A stretch of 64,000 nt of DNA. It comes from Candidatus Omnitrophota bacterium. GTDB lineage: Bacteria > Omnitrophota > Gorgyraeia > Gygaellales > Profunditerraquicolaceae. Location of the stretch: positions 71,969 to 135,968 of the forward strand of contig JAGVER010000007.1 in NCBI GenBank assembly GCA_020058085.1, given 5' to 3'. Position numbers and translations under genes: made by a program. The notes beneath the pieces are model-generated. The model worked only from the letters and a program-made list of their open reading frames with translations, did not search any database and was not told the DNA's origin. Below are positions 49,503 to 59,321 of this stretch, piece by piece (the first letter of the stretch is position 1; every line of letters begins with the position of its first letter).

Positions 49503-49598
49503 ACACCCGGCCTCATTGGAAGGGCCGGTGGGCACTTAATGTGCAACACCCCGCGCTTATAAGGAATTGCGCGGGTGTGCCCTTTCTGGGCAAGGAGG
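49503..49598 (+). repeat. family B intercistronic element (GC hairpin with conserved loop plus SD-adjacent hairpin), expanded copy
   Basis: ACACCCGGCC-TCATTGGAAG-GGCCGGTG, GCACTTAATGTGC, an extra hairpin at 49547-49577, then TGCCCTTTCTGGGCA abutting AAGGAGGA. Confidence 0.5.
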
Positions 49599-49605
49599 AA
49601 GAGAA

Positions 49606-50811
49606 ATGGCTAAAGAAAAATTTGTTAGGAGTAAGCCACACGTAAATATAGGAACAATCGGTCACATCGATCACGGCAAGACTACATTGACTGCTGCTAT
49701 TGTTAATGTTTCAGCAAAATTAGGTAAGGCAACGGCGCGCGATTATGCTGATATCGCTAAGGGCGGTACAGTTAGAGACGAAACTAAAGTTGTTACAATT
49801 CAGGTAGCCCATGTTGAGTATGAGTCAGACTCACGTCATTATGCGCATATTGATTGCCCTGGCCACGCTGATTATATTAAGAATATGATTACCGGCGCAG
49901 CCCAGATGGATGGCGCGATATTAGTAGTATCCGCGGTTGACGGTCCTATGCCTCAAACTAGAGAGCATATTCTTTTGGCGAGACAGGTTAATGTTCCGCA
50001 TATAGTTGTATTCTTAAACAAAGTAGACTTGGTTACTGATAATGAACTCTTGGATTTAGTTGAGATGGAAGTCAGGGAGTTGCTTACCAAATATGGATAC
50101 CCGGGAGACAAGACCCCGATTATCCGCGGTAGTGCATCCAAGGCTATGGCTGCTGCCAATGATCCTGCTAGCCCCGATTGTAAGCCTATTATTGATTTAA
50201 TTAAGGCCTGCGATGAATTTATACCTTTACCGGTAAGAGATTTGGATAAACCTTTACTTATGGCAGTTGAAGATGTGTTTAGTATTGAAGGTAGAGGTAC
50301 GGTTGGAACTGGTAGAATTGAACGCGGTAAAGTTAAAGTGAATGAAGAAGTTGAGTTAGTGGGTTTAAGGCCGGAAGTAAAGAAAACTGTAGTTACCGGA
50401 ATTGAAATGTTTCGCAAGCTTCTTGATGAGGGGCATGCCGGAGATAATGTCGGGCTTCTCTTAAGAGGTGTTGAAAGAAAAGATATTGAGCGCGGTATGG
50501 TTATTGCTGCACCTAAATCAATTACACCGCATACTAAATTTCAAGCTCAAATTTACATTTTGACTAAAGAAGAAGGCGGAAGACATACTCCGTTTTTTAA
50601 GGGCTATAGGCCGCAATTTTATTTCCGCACTACTGATGTTACCGGAAACGTTGAAATGCCCGTGGGCGTGGAGATGGTTATGCCCGGAGATAACGTGAGT
50701 TTAAGTGTTGAGTTAATTATACCTATCGCCATGGAAAAAGAATCGCGCTTTGCTATCCGCGAAGGCGGGCATACAGTAGGCGCTGGTGTTGTTACCGAGG
50801 TTATTGCTTAA
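49606..50811 (+). CDS. tuf: elongation factor Tu
   Basis: [21 protein letters not shown] and NKVD. The start is moved from TTG 49567 to ATG 49606. Confidence 0.97.
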   Translation: MAKEKFVRSKPHVNIGTIGHIDHGKTTLTAAIVNVSAKLGKATARDYADIAKGGTVRDETKVVTIQVAHVEYESDSRHYAHIDCPGHADYIKNMITGAAQMDGAILVVSAVDGPMPQTREHILLARQVNVPHIVVFLNKVDLVTDNELLDLVEMEVRELLTKYGYPGDKTPIIRGSASKAMAAANDPASPDCKPIIDLIKACDEFIPLPVRDLDKPLLMAVEDVFSIEGRGTVGTGRIERGKVKVNEEVELVGLRPEVKKTVVTGIEMFRKLLDEGHAGDNVGLLLRGVERKDIERGMVIAAPKSITPHTKFQAQIYILTKEEGGRHTPFFKGYRPQFYFRTTDVTGNVEMPVGVEMVMPGDNVSLSVELIIPIAMEKESRFAIREGGHTVGAGVVTEVIA

Positions 50812-50815
50812 GAAT

Positions 50816-51124
50816 ATGCCAAACGAGCAGAAGATACGCATAAAGTTAAAGGCCTATGATCATCGTTTACTGGATCAGGCCGTGCTAGAGATTGTTGAGA
50901 CGGTTAAACGGACTGGTGCAAAAATAGCCGGTCCGGTACCTCTGCCTAAGAAGCGCGAGATATATACTGTTTTACGCTCTCCGGTTATTGACAAGAAATC
51001 ACGCGAGCAGTTTGAGTTGTCTACGCATAAAAGGCTTATTGATATATTTGAGCCTACGGCGAAGACGATCGATTCGTTAAGAAAACTGAATCTGCCTGCA
51101 GGTGTGGATGTGGAAATTAAATAA
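50816..51124 (+). CDS. rpsJ: 30S ribosomal protein S10
   Basis: [17 protein letters not shown]. The start is moved to ATG 50816. Confidence 0.95.
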   Translation: MPNEQKIRIKLKAYDHRLLDQAVLEIVETVKRTGAKIAGPVPLPKKREIYTVLRSPVIDKKSREQFELSTHKRLIDIFEPTAKTIDSLRKLNLPAGVDVEIK

Positions 51125-51125
51125 T

Positions 51126-51767
51126 ATGATTGGAATATTAGGCAAAAAAATTGGAATGACCCAGTTTTTCACTGAAGACGGCTCTTTGGTTAGCGTTACA
51201 GCTGTTGAGGCAGGCCCTTGTCCGGTATTAGCAATAAAGGAGAAGAGCATACAGCTTGGTTTTGATCAGATTAATGAGAAACGGCTTAAGAAGCCGATTG
51301 CGGGTTATTTTAAGAAGATAAACGTGCCAAGCCGTAAGTTTATCAGGGAAGTCTCCAAGGATCCTCTTAAAGAATATAAGGTTGGTGAAGAACTTAAGGT
51401 GGATATTTTTGCTCCCGGAGATTTTGTCGATGTAACCGGAATATCTATAGGTAAAGGTTTCCAGGGAGGTATGAAACGTTGGCATTGGAAAGGTGGGCCA
51501 CGGACCCATGGTTCGACTTCTCATCGCCGCGTAGGTTCGATTGGTTCAACTACAACGCCGGGAAGAGTTTTTAGAGGGCATCACATGCCCGGGCATATGG
51601 GAGCAGAGAGAGTAACTACTCAAAACTTAAAAATTATTAAAACCGATCTCGAAAATAACATTCTTCTTATCAAAGGTTCAATTCCCGGTTGTAAAAACGG
51701 ATATGTTATTATAAAAAAGGCTAAGAAAAAAATAGCTAAAGTCGCGAAAGCGAAGGCTAAGAAATAA
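51126..51767 (+). CDS. rplC: 50S ribosomal protein L3
   Basis: [15 protein letters not shown] and FQGGMKRW. The start is moved to ATG 51126. Confidence 0.95.
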   Translation: MIGILGKKIGMTQFFTEDGSLVSVTAVEAGPCPVLAIKEKSIQLGFDQINEKRLKKPIAGYFKKINVPSRKFIREVSKDPLKEYKVGEELKVDIFAPGDFVDVTGISIGKGFQGGMKRWHWKGGPRTHGSTSHRRVGSIGSTTTPGRVFRGHHMPGHMGAERVTTQNLKIIKTDLENNILLIKGSIPGCKNGYVIIKKAKKKIAKVAKAKAKK

Positions 51768-51770
51768 CCC

Positions 51771-52424
51771 ATGGAAGCGATCACCTTACCTGTATATAAT
51801 GCTGAAGGCAAAGAAGTAGATAATATTAAGTTAAACCTTTCTGTTTTTGACGGGGTAGTCAATGAAGCTGCTATCTATCAGGCAGTTAATGCCTATCGCG
51901 CTAATCAAAGAAAAGGTCTAGCTTCGACTAAGACTAGGGGAGAGGTTTCCGGAGGAGGTAAAAAACCATGGAAGCAAAAGGGTACGGGACGCGCGCGTGT
52001 TGGTTCGACCCGGTCACCTTTATGGCGGCATGGTGGTGTTGTCTTCGGCCCGCATCCAAGGGATTTTTCTTACGTTATTCCTTCTAAGATAAGATCGCTA
52101 GCTTTAAAATCAAGCCTCAATGCCAAGATCAAGGATAATAATTTAATTATTTTAGATGTTTTAAAAATAGAGAAGCCCAAGGTTAAGGATGCGCTTAAGG
52201 TTTTCTCTAATTTAAAATTAAATAATCACAAGTCTGATAAAAAACTTAGGGTGCTTTTATTATTGGATAAGATAAGCGATTCTTTAAGGCTTGCTTTAAG
52301 AAATATTGATTTCCTAGATTTTAACATTGCCCAAGACACCAATGTTTATGAAGTGATGGCGAATAGGAAGTTAGTGATTACTAAAGATGGTTTAACCCAA
52401 CTTACTAATAGATTAAAAAAATGA
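51771..52424 (+). CDS. rplD: 50S ribosomal protein L4
   Basis: KPWKQKGTGRARVGSTRSPLWRHGGVVFGP. Confidence 0.95.
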   Translation: MEAITLPVYNAEGKEVDNIKLNLSVFDGVVNEAAIYQAVNAYRANQRKGLASTKTRGEVSGGGKKPWKQKGTGRARVGSTRSPLWRHGGVVFGPHPRDFSYVIPSKIRSLALKSSLNAKIKDNNLIILDVLKIEKPKVKDALKVFSNLKLNNHKSDKKLRVLLLLDKISDSLRLALRNIDFLDFNIAQDTNVYEVMANRKLVITKDGLTQLTNRLKK

Positions 52425-52699
52425 ACTACGCGCAAGATATAATTAAGGCTCTTATTCGCACGGAAAAATCAACCCAGTACGAACCAAAAGGTAAATATCT
52501 TTTCTTGGTCAATCCTGAAGCGAATAAAATTCAGATTAAGCGTGCGGTTGAGGCTGTTTATAAGGTAAAAGTTAACGATGTAAATACTTTTATTTCAGCA
52601 GGAAAATTAAAAAGGGTACGTTATCATTTAGGGAGGACATCGGAACTCAAAAAGGCAATCGTAACTTTAAAAGAAGGCCAGAAGATTGAGGTAGCTTAA
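52421..52699 (+). CDS. rplW: 50S ribosomal protein L23
   Basis: IRTEKST...[17 protein letters not shown], in the S10-operon position. Confidence 0.93.
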   Translation: MNYAQDIIKALIRTEKSTQYEPKGKYLFLVNPEANKIQIKRAVEAVYKVKVNDVNTFISAGKLKRVRYHLGRTSELKKAIVTLKEGQKIEVA

Positions 52700-52704
52700 A
52701 TACT

Positions 52705-53541
52705 ATGGGCTTAAAATATTTTAAACCTACAACACCATCGCGTCGGCATATGACCGGTCCGGATTTCAAGGAAATAACCAAGCATACACCGGAAAGATCC
52801 CTTCTCTTGCCTTTAAAGAAGAGCGGAGGCAGAAATTCTTACGGTAGGATTACTTCTAGGCATCGTGGCGGTGGGCATAAAAGAATGTTAAGGGTTATTG
52901 ATTTTAAGCGCGATCTCTTTGAATCTTTGGGTAAGGTTATTGCTATTGAATATGACCCTAATCGTTCTTCAAGGATAGCTCTAATTGAGTATCCTAATAA
53001 AGAAAGAAGATATATACTAGCACCTGTAGGTTTAGCTGTTGGACAGACGGTTCTTTCTTCTAATCAGAGAGATGTAGAGATTACCACGGGTAATTGCCTT
53101 CTTCTAAAGTACATTCCTTCAGGAACTATGATACATAATATAGAGTTGAGCAGGGGGCATGGCGGGCAAATTGTGCGTTCTGCAGGTTCAAGTGCTCAGC
53201 TTATGGCTAAGGAGGGAGAGTTTGCGCATATTAAACTTCCTTCCGGAGAGGTAAGATTAGTTAGTGTTGAATGCCATGCTACTATTGGGCAGGTAGGGAA
53301 TGTAGATCACGGAGCACTTTATTTAGGTAAGGCAGGCAGGAATAGATGGCTTGGCGTAAAGCCACAGTCAAGAGGCGTGGTAATGAATCCGGTTGATCAT
53401 CCTCACGGTGGTGGTGAAGGTAAATCTCCGCAGGGAAATCCTCATCCGGTAACTCCATGGGGAAAACCGACTAAAGGTTACAGAACTAGAAAACCGAATA
53501 GATACTCTAATCAGTTTATTCTTAAAAGAAGGAAGCCATAA
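52705..53541 (+). CDS. rplB: 50S ribosomal protein L2
   Basis: [19 protein letters not shown] and [13 protein letters not shown]. Confidence 0.97.
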   Translation: MGLKYFKPTTPSRRHMTGPDFKEITKHTPERSLLLPLKKSGGRNSYGRITSRHRGGGHKRMLRVIDFKRDLFESLGKVIAIEYDPNRSSRIALIEYPNKERRYILAPVGLAVGQTVLSSNQRDVEITTGNCLLLKYIPSGTMIHNIELSRGHGGQIVRSAGSSAQLMAKEGEFAHIKLPSGEVRLVSVECHATIGQVGNVDHGALYLGKAGRNRWLGVKPQSRGVVMNPVDHPHGGGEGKSPQGNPHPVTPWGKPTKGYRTRKPNRYSNQFILKRRKP

Positions 53542-53828
53542 TGCCAAGATCATTAAAAAAAGGTCCTTATGTTGAAGAGAGGCTGACAAGAAAGGTGGAC
53601 CAACAGCGTAAATCCGGCACACGTCAAGCGATTAAGACTTGGTCAAGAAGTTCGACCATCATACCTGAATTTGTAGGGCTTACTTTTGCCGTTTACGACG
53701 GTAAAAGGCATATTCCGGTATTTGTTACCGAGAATATGGTTGGCCATAAGTTAGGTGAATTTTCTCCTACTCGGATATTTAGGAAACACGGCGGTATAAA
53801 AGCAAAGAAGGCATTAGAGAAAACTTAA
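53541..53828 (+). CDS. rpsS: 30S ribosomal protein S19
   Basis: [11 protein letters not shown] and [24 protein letters not shown]. Confidence 0.97.
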   Translation: MPRSLKKGPYVEERLTRKVDQQRKSGTRQAIKTWSRSSTIIPEFVGLTFAVYDGKRHIPVFVTENMVGHKLGEFSPTRIFRKHGGIKAKKALEKT

Positions 53829-53831
53829 AAA

Positions 53832-54176
53832 ATGATTGCTAAAGCAGAAGGAAAATTTCTAAGGATTTCACCGACTAAAGTTAGACAGGTTATGGATTTA
53901 ATCCGTAATAAAGATGCTAAAGAATCTGTAAGTATACTTTTTCATCTTAATAAGCGCCCCAAGGAATATTTGATCAAGATACTTAAGTCAGCGATTGCCA
54001 ATGCTAAGGTAAAAGGTTTTAATGTTGAGCAATTATATATATCTAAGATTGTTTGTAATGTGGGCCCAAGCTGGAAAAGATTCAAGGCCGCTGCCTTTGG
54101 CCGGGCGCAACCGATATTGAAGAGAACTGCTCATATCAAAATAGAGTTGGACCTAAAAGATCAGGAGAGTAAATAA
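53832..54176 (+). CDS. rplV: 50S ribosomal protein L22
   Basis: RISPTKVRQVMDLIR and AHIKIEL. Confidence 0.95.
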   Translation: MIAKAEGKFLRISPTKVRQVMDLIRNKDAKESVSILFHLNKRPKEYLIKILKSAIANAKVKGFNVEQLYISKIVCNVGPSWKRFKAAAFGRAQPILKRTAHIKIELDLKDQESK

Positions 54177-54868
54177 TGGGTCAAAAGTGTAGCCCTTTAG
54201 TTCTAAGGTTAGGTTTTATTCGTAATTGGAATAGCCGTTGGTTTGCTTCTCCCGTAGACTATCCTAAATTTATTTATCAGGATTACAATATTCGTAAATT
54301 TATAAAAAAGAGGTTTAAACAAGCAGCTGTCTCTAAAATTGTTATCGAGAGATTAGCAACTAAAATTAAAATCAGAATATTTTCTGCTCGTCCGGGGATT
54401 ATTATCGGCCGCCATGGTTCTGATATTGAGCGTTTGAGAGAAGATTTAAATGTCATGGTTAAGCAAGAAGTGGCTATTGATATCGAAGAGATCAAGAATC
54501 CCTCTTGGGATGCCCAGCTGGTCGCAGAGAATATCGCTTTCCAACAGGAGAAGAGAGTAGCTTTTCGCCGGGCAGTCAAGCGCGCGATGGAGCAATCTAT
54601 GAACTCGGGAGTGAAAGGGATAAGAGTTTCATGCTCTGGCCGGCTCAATGGAGCGGAGATGTCGCGTACTGAACTATACAAAGAGGGTAAGGTTCCGCTC
54701 CAGACATTACGCGCGGACATAGATTATGGTTTTGCGGAAGCTCTGACTATGTATGGCCTTATCGGGGTTAAAGTTTGGATCTATAAAGGTGATATATTGG
54801 GCAAGATAGGCGCAAGAAGAGATGCTCTTGAAAAAGATAAAGTTGATGTTGCGAAGGAGATAAAATAA
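54176..54868 (+). CDS. rpsC: 30S ribosomal protein S3
   Basis: MGQKCSPLVLRLG, a KH domain and GRLNGAEMSRTE. Confidence 0.97.
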   Translation: MGQKCSPLVLRLGFIRNWNSRWFASPVDYPKFIYQDYNIRKFIKKRFKQAAVSKIVIERLATKIKIRIFSARPGIIIGRHGSDIERLREDLNVMVKQEVAIDIEEIKNPSWDAQLVAENIAFQQEKRVAFRRAVKRAMEQSMNSGVKGIRVSCSGRLNGAEMSRTELYKEGKVPLQTLRADIDYGFAEALTMYGLIGVKVWIYKGDILGKIGARRDALEKDKVDVAKEIK

Positions 54869-54869
54869 T

Positions 54870-55286
54870 ATGCCTTTAATGCCCAAGAGGGTTAAATACC
54901 GTAAATTACAAAAAGGCCAACGTAGGGGAGTTGCTACATCCGGAGCGGATTTAGCTTTTGGTGAATTTGGATTAAAGAGCTTGGGAAATGGCTGGCTTAA
55001 GAATAACCAGATTGAGGCGGTACGGGTAATTATTGCTCGTCAGTTGCATAAAGGCGGAAAACTCTGGATTAGGGCTTTTCCGGATAAATCTATAACTAAA
55101 AAACCGGCAGAAGTACGTATGGGTAAAGGTAAAGGAGATCTTGATCATTGGGTAGCAGTGATTAAAAGAGGGAAGATATTATTTGAGTTAGGTGGCGTTC
55201 CTGAAGAGTATGCTCGTCAGTGTTTTCGCCTCGTAGCCTACAAGCTTCCACTTAGGACTAGATTTGTAACTCGAACACAAAGATAA
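54870..55286 (+). CDS. rplP: 50S ribosomal protein L16
   Basis: [12 protein letters not shown] and RMGKGKG. Confidence 0.97.
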   Translation: MPLMPKRVKYRKLQKGQRRGVATSGADLAFGEFGLKSLGNGWLKNNQIEAVRVIIARQLHKGGKLWIRAFPDKSITKKPAEVRMGKGKGDLDHWVAVIKRGKILFELGGVPEEYARQCFRLVAYKLPLRTRFVTRTQR

Positions 55287-55287
55287 A

Positions 55288-55494
55288 ATGATGAAAAAAG
55301 AGAAAGTAAAAGATTTACTTAATTTATCAAGAGCCGAACTTTTAGAGAAAGAGAAGGCCTTGAAAGTGGAACTTTTTAAATTAAACCTCGGGCGTTATTC
55401 AGGAAGAGTTGAGAAGCCGCATATGTTCCCTTTGGTTAAAAGAACAATAGCGCGAATCGAGACTATCCTTCACCTAAAGGAAAGAAAAATATAA
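55288..55494 (+). CDS. rpmC: 50S ribosomal protein L29
   Basis: 68 aa, LLEKEKALKVELFKLNL, between rplP and rpsQ. Confidence 0.9.
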   Translation: MMKKEKVKDLLNLSRAELLEKEKALKVELFKLNLGRYSGRVEKPHMFPLVKRTIARIETILHLKERKI

Positions 55495-55781
55495 TGGGTA
55501 AGAGAAAAGAATTTATAGGATTAGTGGTTAGCGACAAAATGCAAAAGACTGTGGTCGTGAAGGTTTTAAGGATAAGTAAGCATCCTAAGTATTCGCGTAT
55601 TATGAAAAGCTATAATAAATTTAAAGCTCATGATGAAAAAGGTATTGCTAAATTAGGGGATACTGTGCGTATCGAAGAGACCCGGCCTCTCTCTAAAGAT
55701 AAACGTTTCCGGGTATTAGGGGTAGTTAAGAAGGCGGAAGCCCCAGATATTGCGATTGACGAAGTGAAGGAGATTAAATAA
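55494..55781 (+). CDS. rpsQ: 30S ribosomal protein S17
   Basis: [16 protein letters not shown] and [14 protein letters not shown]. Confidence 0.95.
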   Translation: MGKRKEFIGLVVSDKMQKTVVVKVLRISKHPKYSRIMKSYNKFKAHDEKGIAKLGDTVRIEETRPLSKDKRFRVLGVVKKAEAPDIAIDEVKEIK

Positions 55782-56149
55782 TGATTCAGTTGCGTAGCAT
55801 ATTAGATGTAGCTGATAATACCGGGGCTAAGCGTGCGGCTATGATCGGAGTCTTAGGCAAGAAAAACTGCGCAATTGCTGTGGTGGGAGATATTATTAAT
55901 GTTAATATCAAGGAATCTTCTCCCGGCGCAACGGTAAAAAAGGGTGAAGTTGGCAGGGCGGTAATAGTCAGGACCAGGCAACCGTTAAGGCGTTCGGATG
56001 GGTCTGTTTTAAGATTTGACCGTAATGCCATAGTTTTTATAGATGAGAAATCTAATCCCAGGGGCACGCGAGTATTTGGACCGGTAGCACGCGAACTAAG
56101 GGATAAGAATTTTACTAAAATTATATCTTTAGCGCCTGAGGTAATATAA
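55781..56149 (+). CDS. rplN: 50S ribosomal protein L14
   Basis: [17 protein letters not shown]. Confidence 0.97.
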   Translation: MIQLRSILDVADNTGAKRAAMIGVLGKKNCAIAVVGDIINVNIKESSPGATVKKGEVGRAVIVRTRQPLRRSDGSVLRFDRNAIVFIDEKSNPRGTRVFGPVARELRDKNFTKIISLAPEVI

Positions 56150-56461
56150 ATGCAAAAAATCAGAAAAGGCGATACAGTCCAAGCGGTTAAGGGTAAGGAT
56201 AAGGGTAAGAAGGGAAAGGTTTTAAATGTATCTTTAGAAACCGGCCGTGCTCTTGTTGAAGGGGTAAATTTAGCTAAGAAACATAAACGCCAGAGCAGCC
56301 AAGATCAGAAGGGCGGCATCATTTCTATTGAGATGCCTATGAGTATCTCTAATATTGCTTTGGTTTGTAAGAGCTGTAATCGCGCGACTAAGGTAGGTTT
56401 CACAATTTTAAAAGACGGAACAAAATCCAGAATTTGCAAGTCTTGTAAAGAGGCCATATAA
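56150..56461 (+). CDS. rplX: 50S ribosomal protein L24
   Basis: KIRKGDTVQAVKGKDKGKKGKVL (KOW). Confidence 0.95.
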   Translation: MQKIRKGDTVQAVKGKDKGKKGKVLNVSLETGRALVEGVNLAKKHKRQSSQDQKGGIISIEMPMSISNIALVCKSCNRATKVGFTILKDGTKSRICKSCKEAI

Positions 56462-56463
56462 AG

Positions 56464-57018
56464 ATGAACCCAAGATTATTAGAAAAATACAGAAAAGAAA
56501 TAGTTCCTAAGATGATGCAGGATTTTGGCATCAAAAATAAAATGGCTGTCCCCCGTGTAGATAAGATTGTGGTAAATATGGGCGTTGGTGAGGGTGCGCA
56601 GGATATTAAGATCTTAGAAAAATCCATAGAAGAGCTAGCAATAATAACAGGGCAGAAACCTATTATGCGTAGGGCTAAGAAAGCTATCGCAAACTTTAAG
56701 ATTAGAGAGGGATCTCCTATCGGCTGTAAGGTTACGTTGCGTAGGGCTATGATGTATGAATTTATGGATAGGTTAATTAATATTGCTCTTCCGCGTATCC
56801 GTGATTTTCGCGGGGTTCCTTTAAATGCATTTGATAAAGCGGGAAATTATACTTTAGGTTTAAGTGAACAAGGGATATTCCCTGAGATTGAATATGACCG
56901 GCTTACTCGAACACAGGGGATGGATATTACTTTTGTAATCAAAAATGTTAAAACAAATGATCATGCGCGCGCATTGTTAAAATTATTCGGCATGCCTTTT
57001 AAAACTATAAAGGACTAA
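56464..57018 (+). CDS. rplE: 50S ribosomal protein L5
   Basis: NKMAVPRVDKIVVNMGVGE and RDFRGV. Confidence 0.96.
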   Translation: MNPRLLEKYRKEIVPKMMQDFGIKNKMAVPRVDKIVVNMGVGEGAQDIKILEKSIEELAIITGQKPIMRRAKKAIANFKIREGSPIGCKVTLRRAMMYEFMDRLINIALPRIRDFRGVPLNAFDKAGNYTLGLSEQGIFPEIEYDRLTRTQGMDITFVIKNVKTNDHARALLKLFGMPFKTIKD

Positions 57019-57031
57019 GTTGTCTGGGCAG

Positions 57032-57180
57032 TTCGCTAGACAAAAACATAAGGTGCTCTTATACTTGACCTCGCAAAAGCTCGGCCAAGTATTTCGCTAA
57101 ACCAAAACAGAAGGTGCTCTTATACTTGACCTCGCAAAAGCTCGGCCAAGTATTTCGCTAAACCAAAACAGAAGGTGCTC
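57032..57180 (+). repeat. family A repeat: one box plus a perfect tandem duplication of a 61-nt unit
   Basis: The box is at 57032-57058. The unit TTATACTTGACCTCGCAAAAGCTCGGCCAAGTATTTCGCTAAACCAAAACAGAAGGTGCTC occurs at 57059-57119 and is identical at 57120-57180. Confidence 0.75.
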
Positions 57181-57185
57181 AAAAT

Positions 57186-57371
57186 ATGGCTAAGAATTCA
57201 CAGATAGCTCGATGGAAAAGGAAAGCTAAATTTCCCTCACGCCAACATAACCGTTGCGCGATATGCGGTCGGTCAGGCGGGTATCTTCGTAGGTTTCAGC
57301 TATGCCGTTTATGTTTCCGGGAATTAGTCTGGCAGGGGATGATACCGGGCGTAAAAAAAGCGAGCTGGTGA
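57186..57371 (+). CDS. rpsN: 30S ribosomal protein S14, short zinc-ribbon (type Z) form
   Basis: 61 aa with [23 protein letters not shown]. Confidence 0.95.
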   Translation: MAKNSQIARWKRKAKFPSRQHNRCAICGRSGGYLRRFQLCRLCFRELVWQGMIPGVKKASW

Positions 57372-57372
57372 T

Positions 57373-57420
57373 ACACCCGGCCTAATTGGATAGGCCAGTA
57401 TGTGCTTCTGCACAAGGAGA
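57373..57420 (+). repeat. family B intercistronic element, compact/degenerate copy
   Basis: ACACCCGGCC-TAATTGGATA-GGCCAG, then TGTGCTTCTGCACA abutting AGGAGA, 4 nt before the rpsH ATG. Confidence 0.45.
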
Positions 57421-57424
57421 ACAA

Positions 57425-57820
57425 ATGTCAAGATCTGATTTAATAGCTGATGTCTTCACAATCATACGCAATGCGATTATGATTAAAAGAGAGATTGTGG
57501 ATGTGCCAGCGTCAAACACAATAAAAGCAATCTTGGGTATCCTTAAGGATGAGGGGTATATTGAGAATTTTAAGCTCATTGAAGATAAAAAGCAGGGATT
57601 AGTCCGGGTTTATTTGAAATATATTGCCACAAAGTCAGCGATAAGGAATATTAAACGTATATCCCGTCCGGGTTTACGTCTTTATGTGAAACATAAGAAA
57701 GTACCGTCAGTTTTGAGGGGCAAAGGTATTGCGATAATCTCAACCCCCAAGGGAATTATGACTGATAAATCCGCTCGTCAAGAGGGGCTAGGCGGAGAAG
57801 TCATCGGGTATATTTGGTAA
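57425..57820 (+). CDS. rpsH: 30S ribosomal protein S8
   Basis: MSRSDLIADVFTIIRNA and GGEVIGYIW. The start is moved to ATG 57425. Confidence 0.96.
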   Translation: MSRSDLIADVFTIIRNAIMIKREIVDVPASNTIKAILGILKDEGYIENFKLIEDKKQGLVRVYLKYIATKSAIRNIKRISRPGLRLYVKHKKVPSVLRGKGIAIISTPKGIMTDKSARQEGLGGEVIGYIW

Positions 57821-57905
57821 AACATAAAACAAAAACTGAAGGTGGTCAATACTTGACCTCGCTCAGCTCGGCAAGTATTTCGCTAGATCAAATCATAAGG
57901 AGCTC
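57821..57905 (+). repeat. family A repeat (two boxes flanking one palindrome) in the rpsH-rplF spacer
   Basis: AAACATAAAACAAAAACTGAAGGTGGTC (57821-57848), an ATACTTGACC..GGCAAGTAT palindrome, then TTTCGCTAGATCAAATCATAAGGAGCTC (57878-57905), which supplies the SD for rplF. Confidence 0.55.
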
Positions 57906-57906
57906 A

Positions 57907-58461
57907 ATGTCTAGGATAGGCAAGAAAATTATAGTAATTCCAAAAGAAGCAAAGGTTGAAGTAAAGGATAACATTATCTTTGTTGAAGGGCCTAAGGGGA
58001 AGTTAAATATGGCATTATCCCCACGTATAACTTTGGAGATAAAGGATAGTCAGATTTTAGTTAAAAGACTAACCGATATTAAGACGGACAAGTCTTTGCA
58101 TGGATTATTTCGCGCGCTTATTGTCAATATGATTAAGGGTGTTACCGAAGGCTACAAAAAGGAGCTTGAGATAATCGGCGTAGGTTTTAAGGCAGCGGTT
58201 CAAGGGGCTAATTTAAATATGAGTTTGGGTTTTTCTCATCAGGTAAATTTTTCAATACCCGAAGGTATTAAGATAGAGGCACCTAAGCCGACCCAGTTAG
58301 TTATAACCGGAATAGATAAAGCGTTGGTTGGTAAGGTTTCAACCGAGATACGTTCTATATACCCACCTGAGCCGTACAAGGGCAAAGGTATTCGTTTCTT
58401 AGGTGAGCATGTAAAGAAGAAAATAGGTAAGGCTCAAGCAACTGGTAGTGGCGGCAAATAG
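57907..58461 (+). CDS. rplF: 50S ribosomal protein L6
   Basis: MSRIGKKIIVIPKE and PYKGKGIR. The start is moved to ATG 57907. Confidence 0.96.
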   Translation: MSRIGKKIIVIPKEAKVEVKDNIIFVEGPKGKLNMALSPRITLEIKDSQILVKRLTDIKTDKSLHGLFRALIVNMIKGVTEGYKKELEIIGVGFKAAVQGANLNMSLGFSHQVNFSIPEGIKIEAPKPTQLVITGIDKALVGKVSTEIRSIYPPEPYKGKGIRFLGEHVKKKIGKAQATGSGGK

Positions 58462-58504
58462 GTAGGGCTGCCTGCCGGCAGGTAGGCGTGAAAGGATTAG
58501 TGGA

Positions 58505-58864
58505 GTGAATAAAAAAGAACTTTCCAGATTAAAAAGGCATCGTCGGATAAAAATGAGGATGCATGGAACAAATGAAAAGCCGCGCTTGGTAATTAAACGC
58601 AGCCTGAATAATTTTTCTGCGGTGGTAATTGATGATGCAGAGAATAAAGTAGTTTTTTCTTTTTCTACGGCTAATAAAGAATTTAAGCAGAAGATCAAGA
58701 ATTCTGGTAATGTTAAAGCTGCGGAAATATTTGGAGAGTTGTTTTCCGCAAAGGCTAAGGAAAAGGGGATAACTAAGATTATATTTGATCGTGCGGGATA
58801 TTTATACCATGGTAGGGTAAAGACTTTTGCTGAATCTTTAAGAAAAGGCGGAATGGAGTTTTAA
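58505..58864 (+). CDS. rplR: 50S ribosomal protein L18
   Basis: [26 protein letters not shown] and [20 protein letters not shown] start. Confidence 0.95.
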   Translation: MNKKELSRLKRHRRIKMRMHGTNEKPRLVIKRSLNNFSAVVIDDAENKVVFSFSTANKEFKQKIKNSGNVKAAEIFGELFSAKAKEKGITKIIFDRAGYLYHGRVKTFAESLRKGGMEF

Positions 58865-58867
58865 TCT

Positions 58868-59320
58868 ATGCGTGAATTAAGTATTGAACAGCAACCGGAA
58901 TTAATTGAGAAGGTAATTTCTATCAATCGTGTAACCAAAGTTACTAAGGGCGGAAAGAAACTACATTTCAGCGCACTTGTTGTCGTAGGGGATACCAAGG
59001 GTAGAGTTGGTTTTGCGTTGGACAAGGCGAATGAAGTAGCAAGCGCAATACGTAAATCATTAACTAAGGCTAAGAAGAGTATTTTTAAAGTTACGCTTGA
59101 AGGCTCGACTATACCTCATGAAATTATAGGCCATTATGGGGCTGCTAAAGTTATGCTTAAGCCTGCCTCGGAAGGTACGGGTGTAATTGCTGCAGGTCCT
59201 GTGCGTGCCATATGCGAAGCAGCAGGAATTAAGGATATATTAACTAAATGTTTAAAATCTAACAATCCGATTAATGTTATTAAGGCGACTGTTGACGGCC
59301 TAAAAAACCTTAAGAGTTAA
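58868..59320 (+). CDS. rpsE: 30S ribosomal protein S5
   Basis: [27 protein letters not shown]. Confidence 0.96.
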   Translation: MRELSIEQQPELIEKVISINRVTKVTKGGKKLHFSALVVVGDTKGRVGFALDKANEVASAIRKSLTKAKKSIFKVTLEGSTIPHEIIGHYGAAKVMLKPASEGTGVIAAGPVRAICEAAGIKDILTKCLKSNNPINVIKATVDGLKNLKS

Positions 59321-59321
59321 T

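Noticed and set aside
49567-49605. N-terminal extensions in the ORF track for tuf. The same applies to rplK 36543, rpsJ 50786, rplC 51102, rpsH 57386, rplF 57814, rpsM 63140, ugd 30099, rplL 38389, the U32 gene at 4945 and the GT at 6965.
   Set aside because: The extensions read through structured spacers or upstream genes. Conserved protein N-termini and properly spaced SD sequences support the downstream starts given in the feature list.
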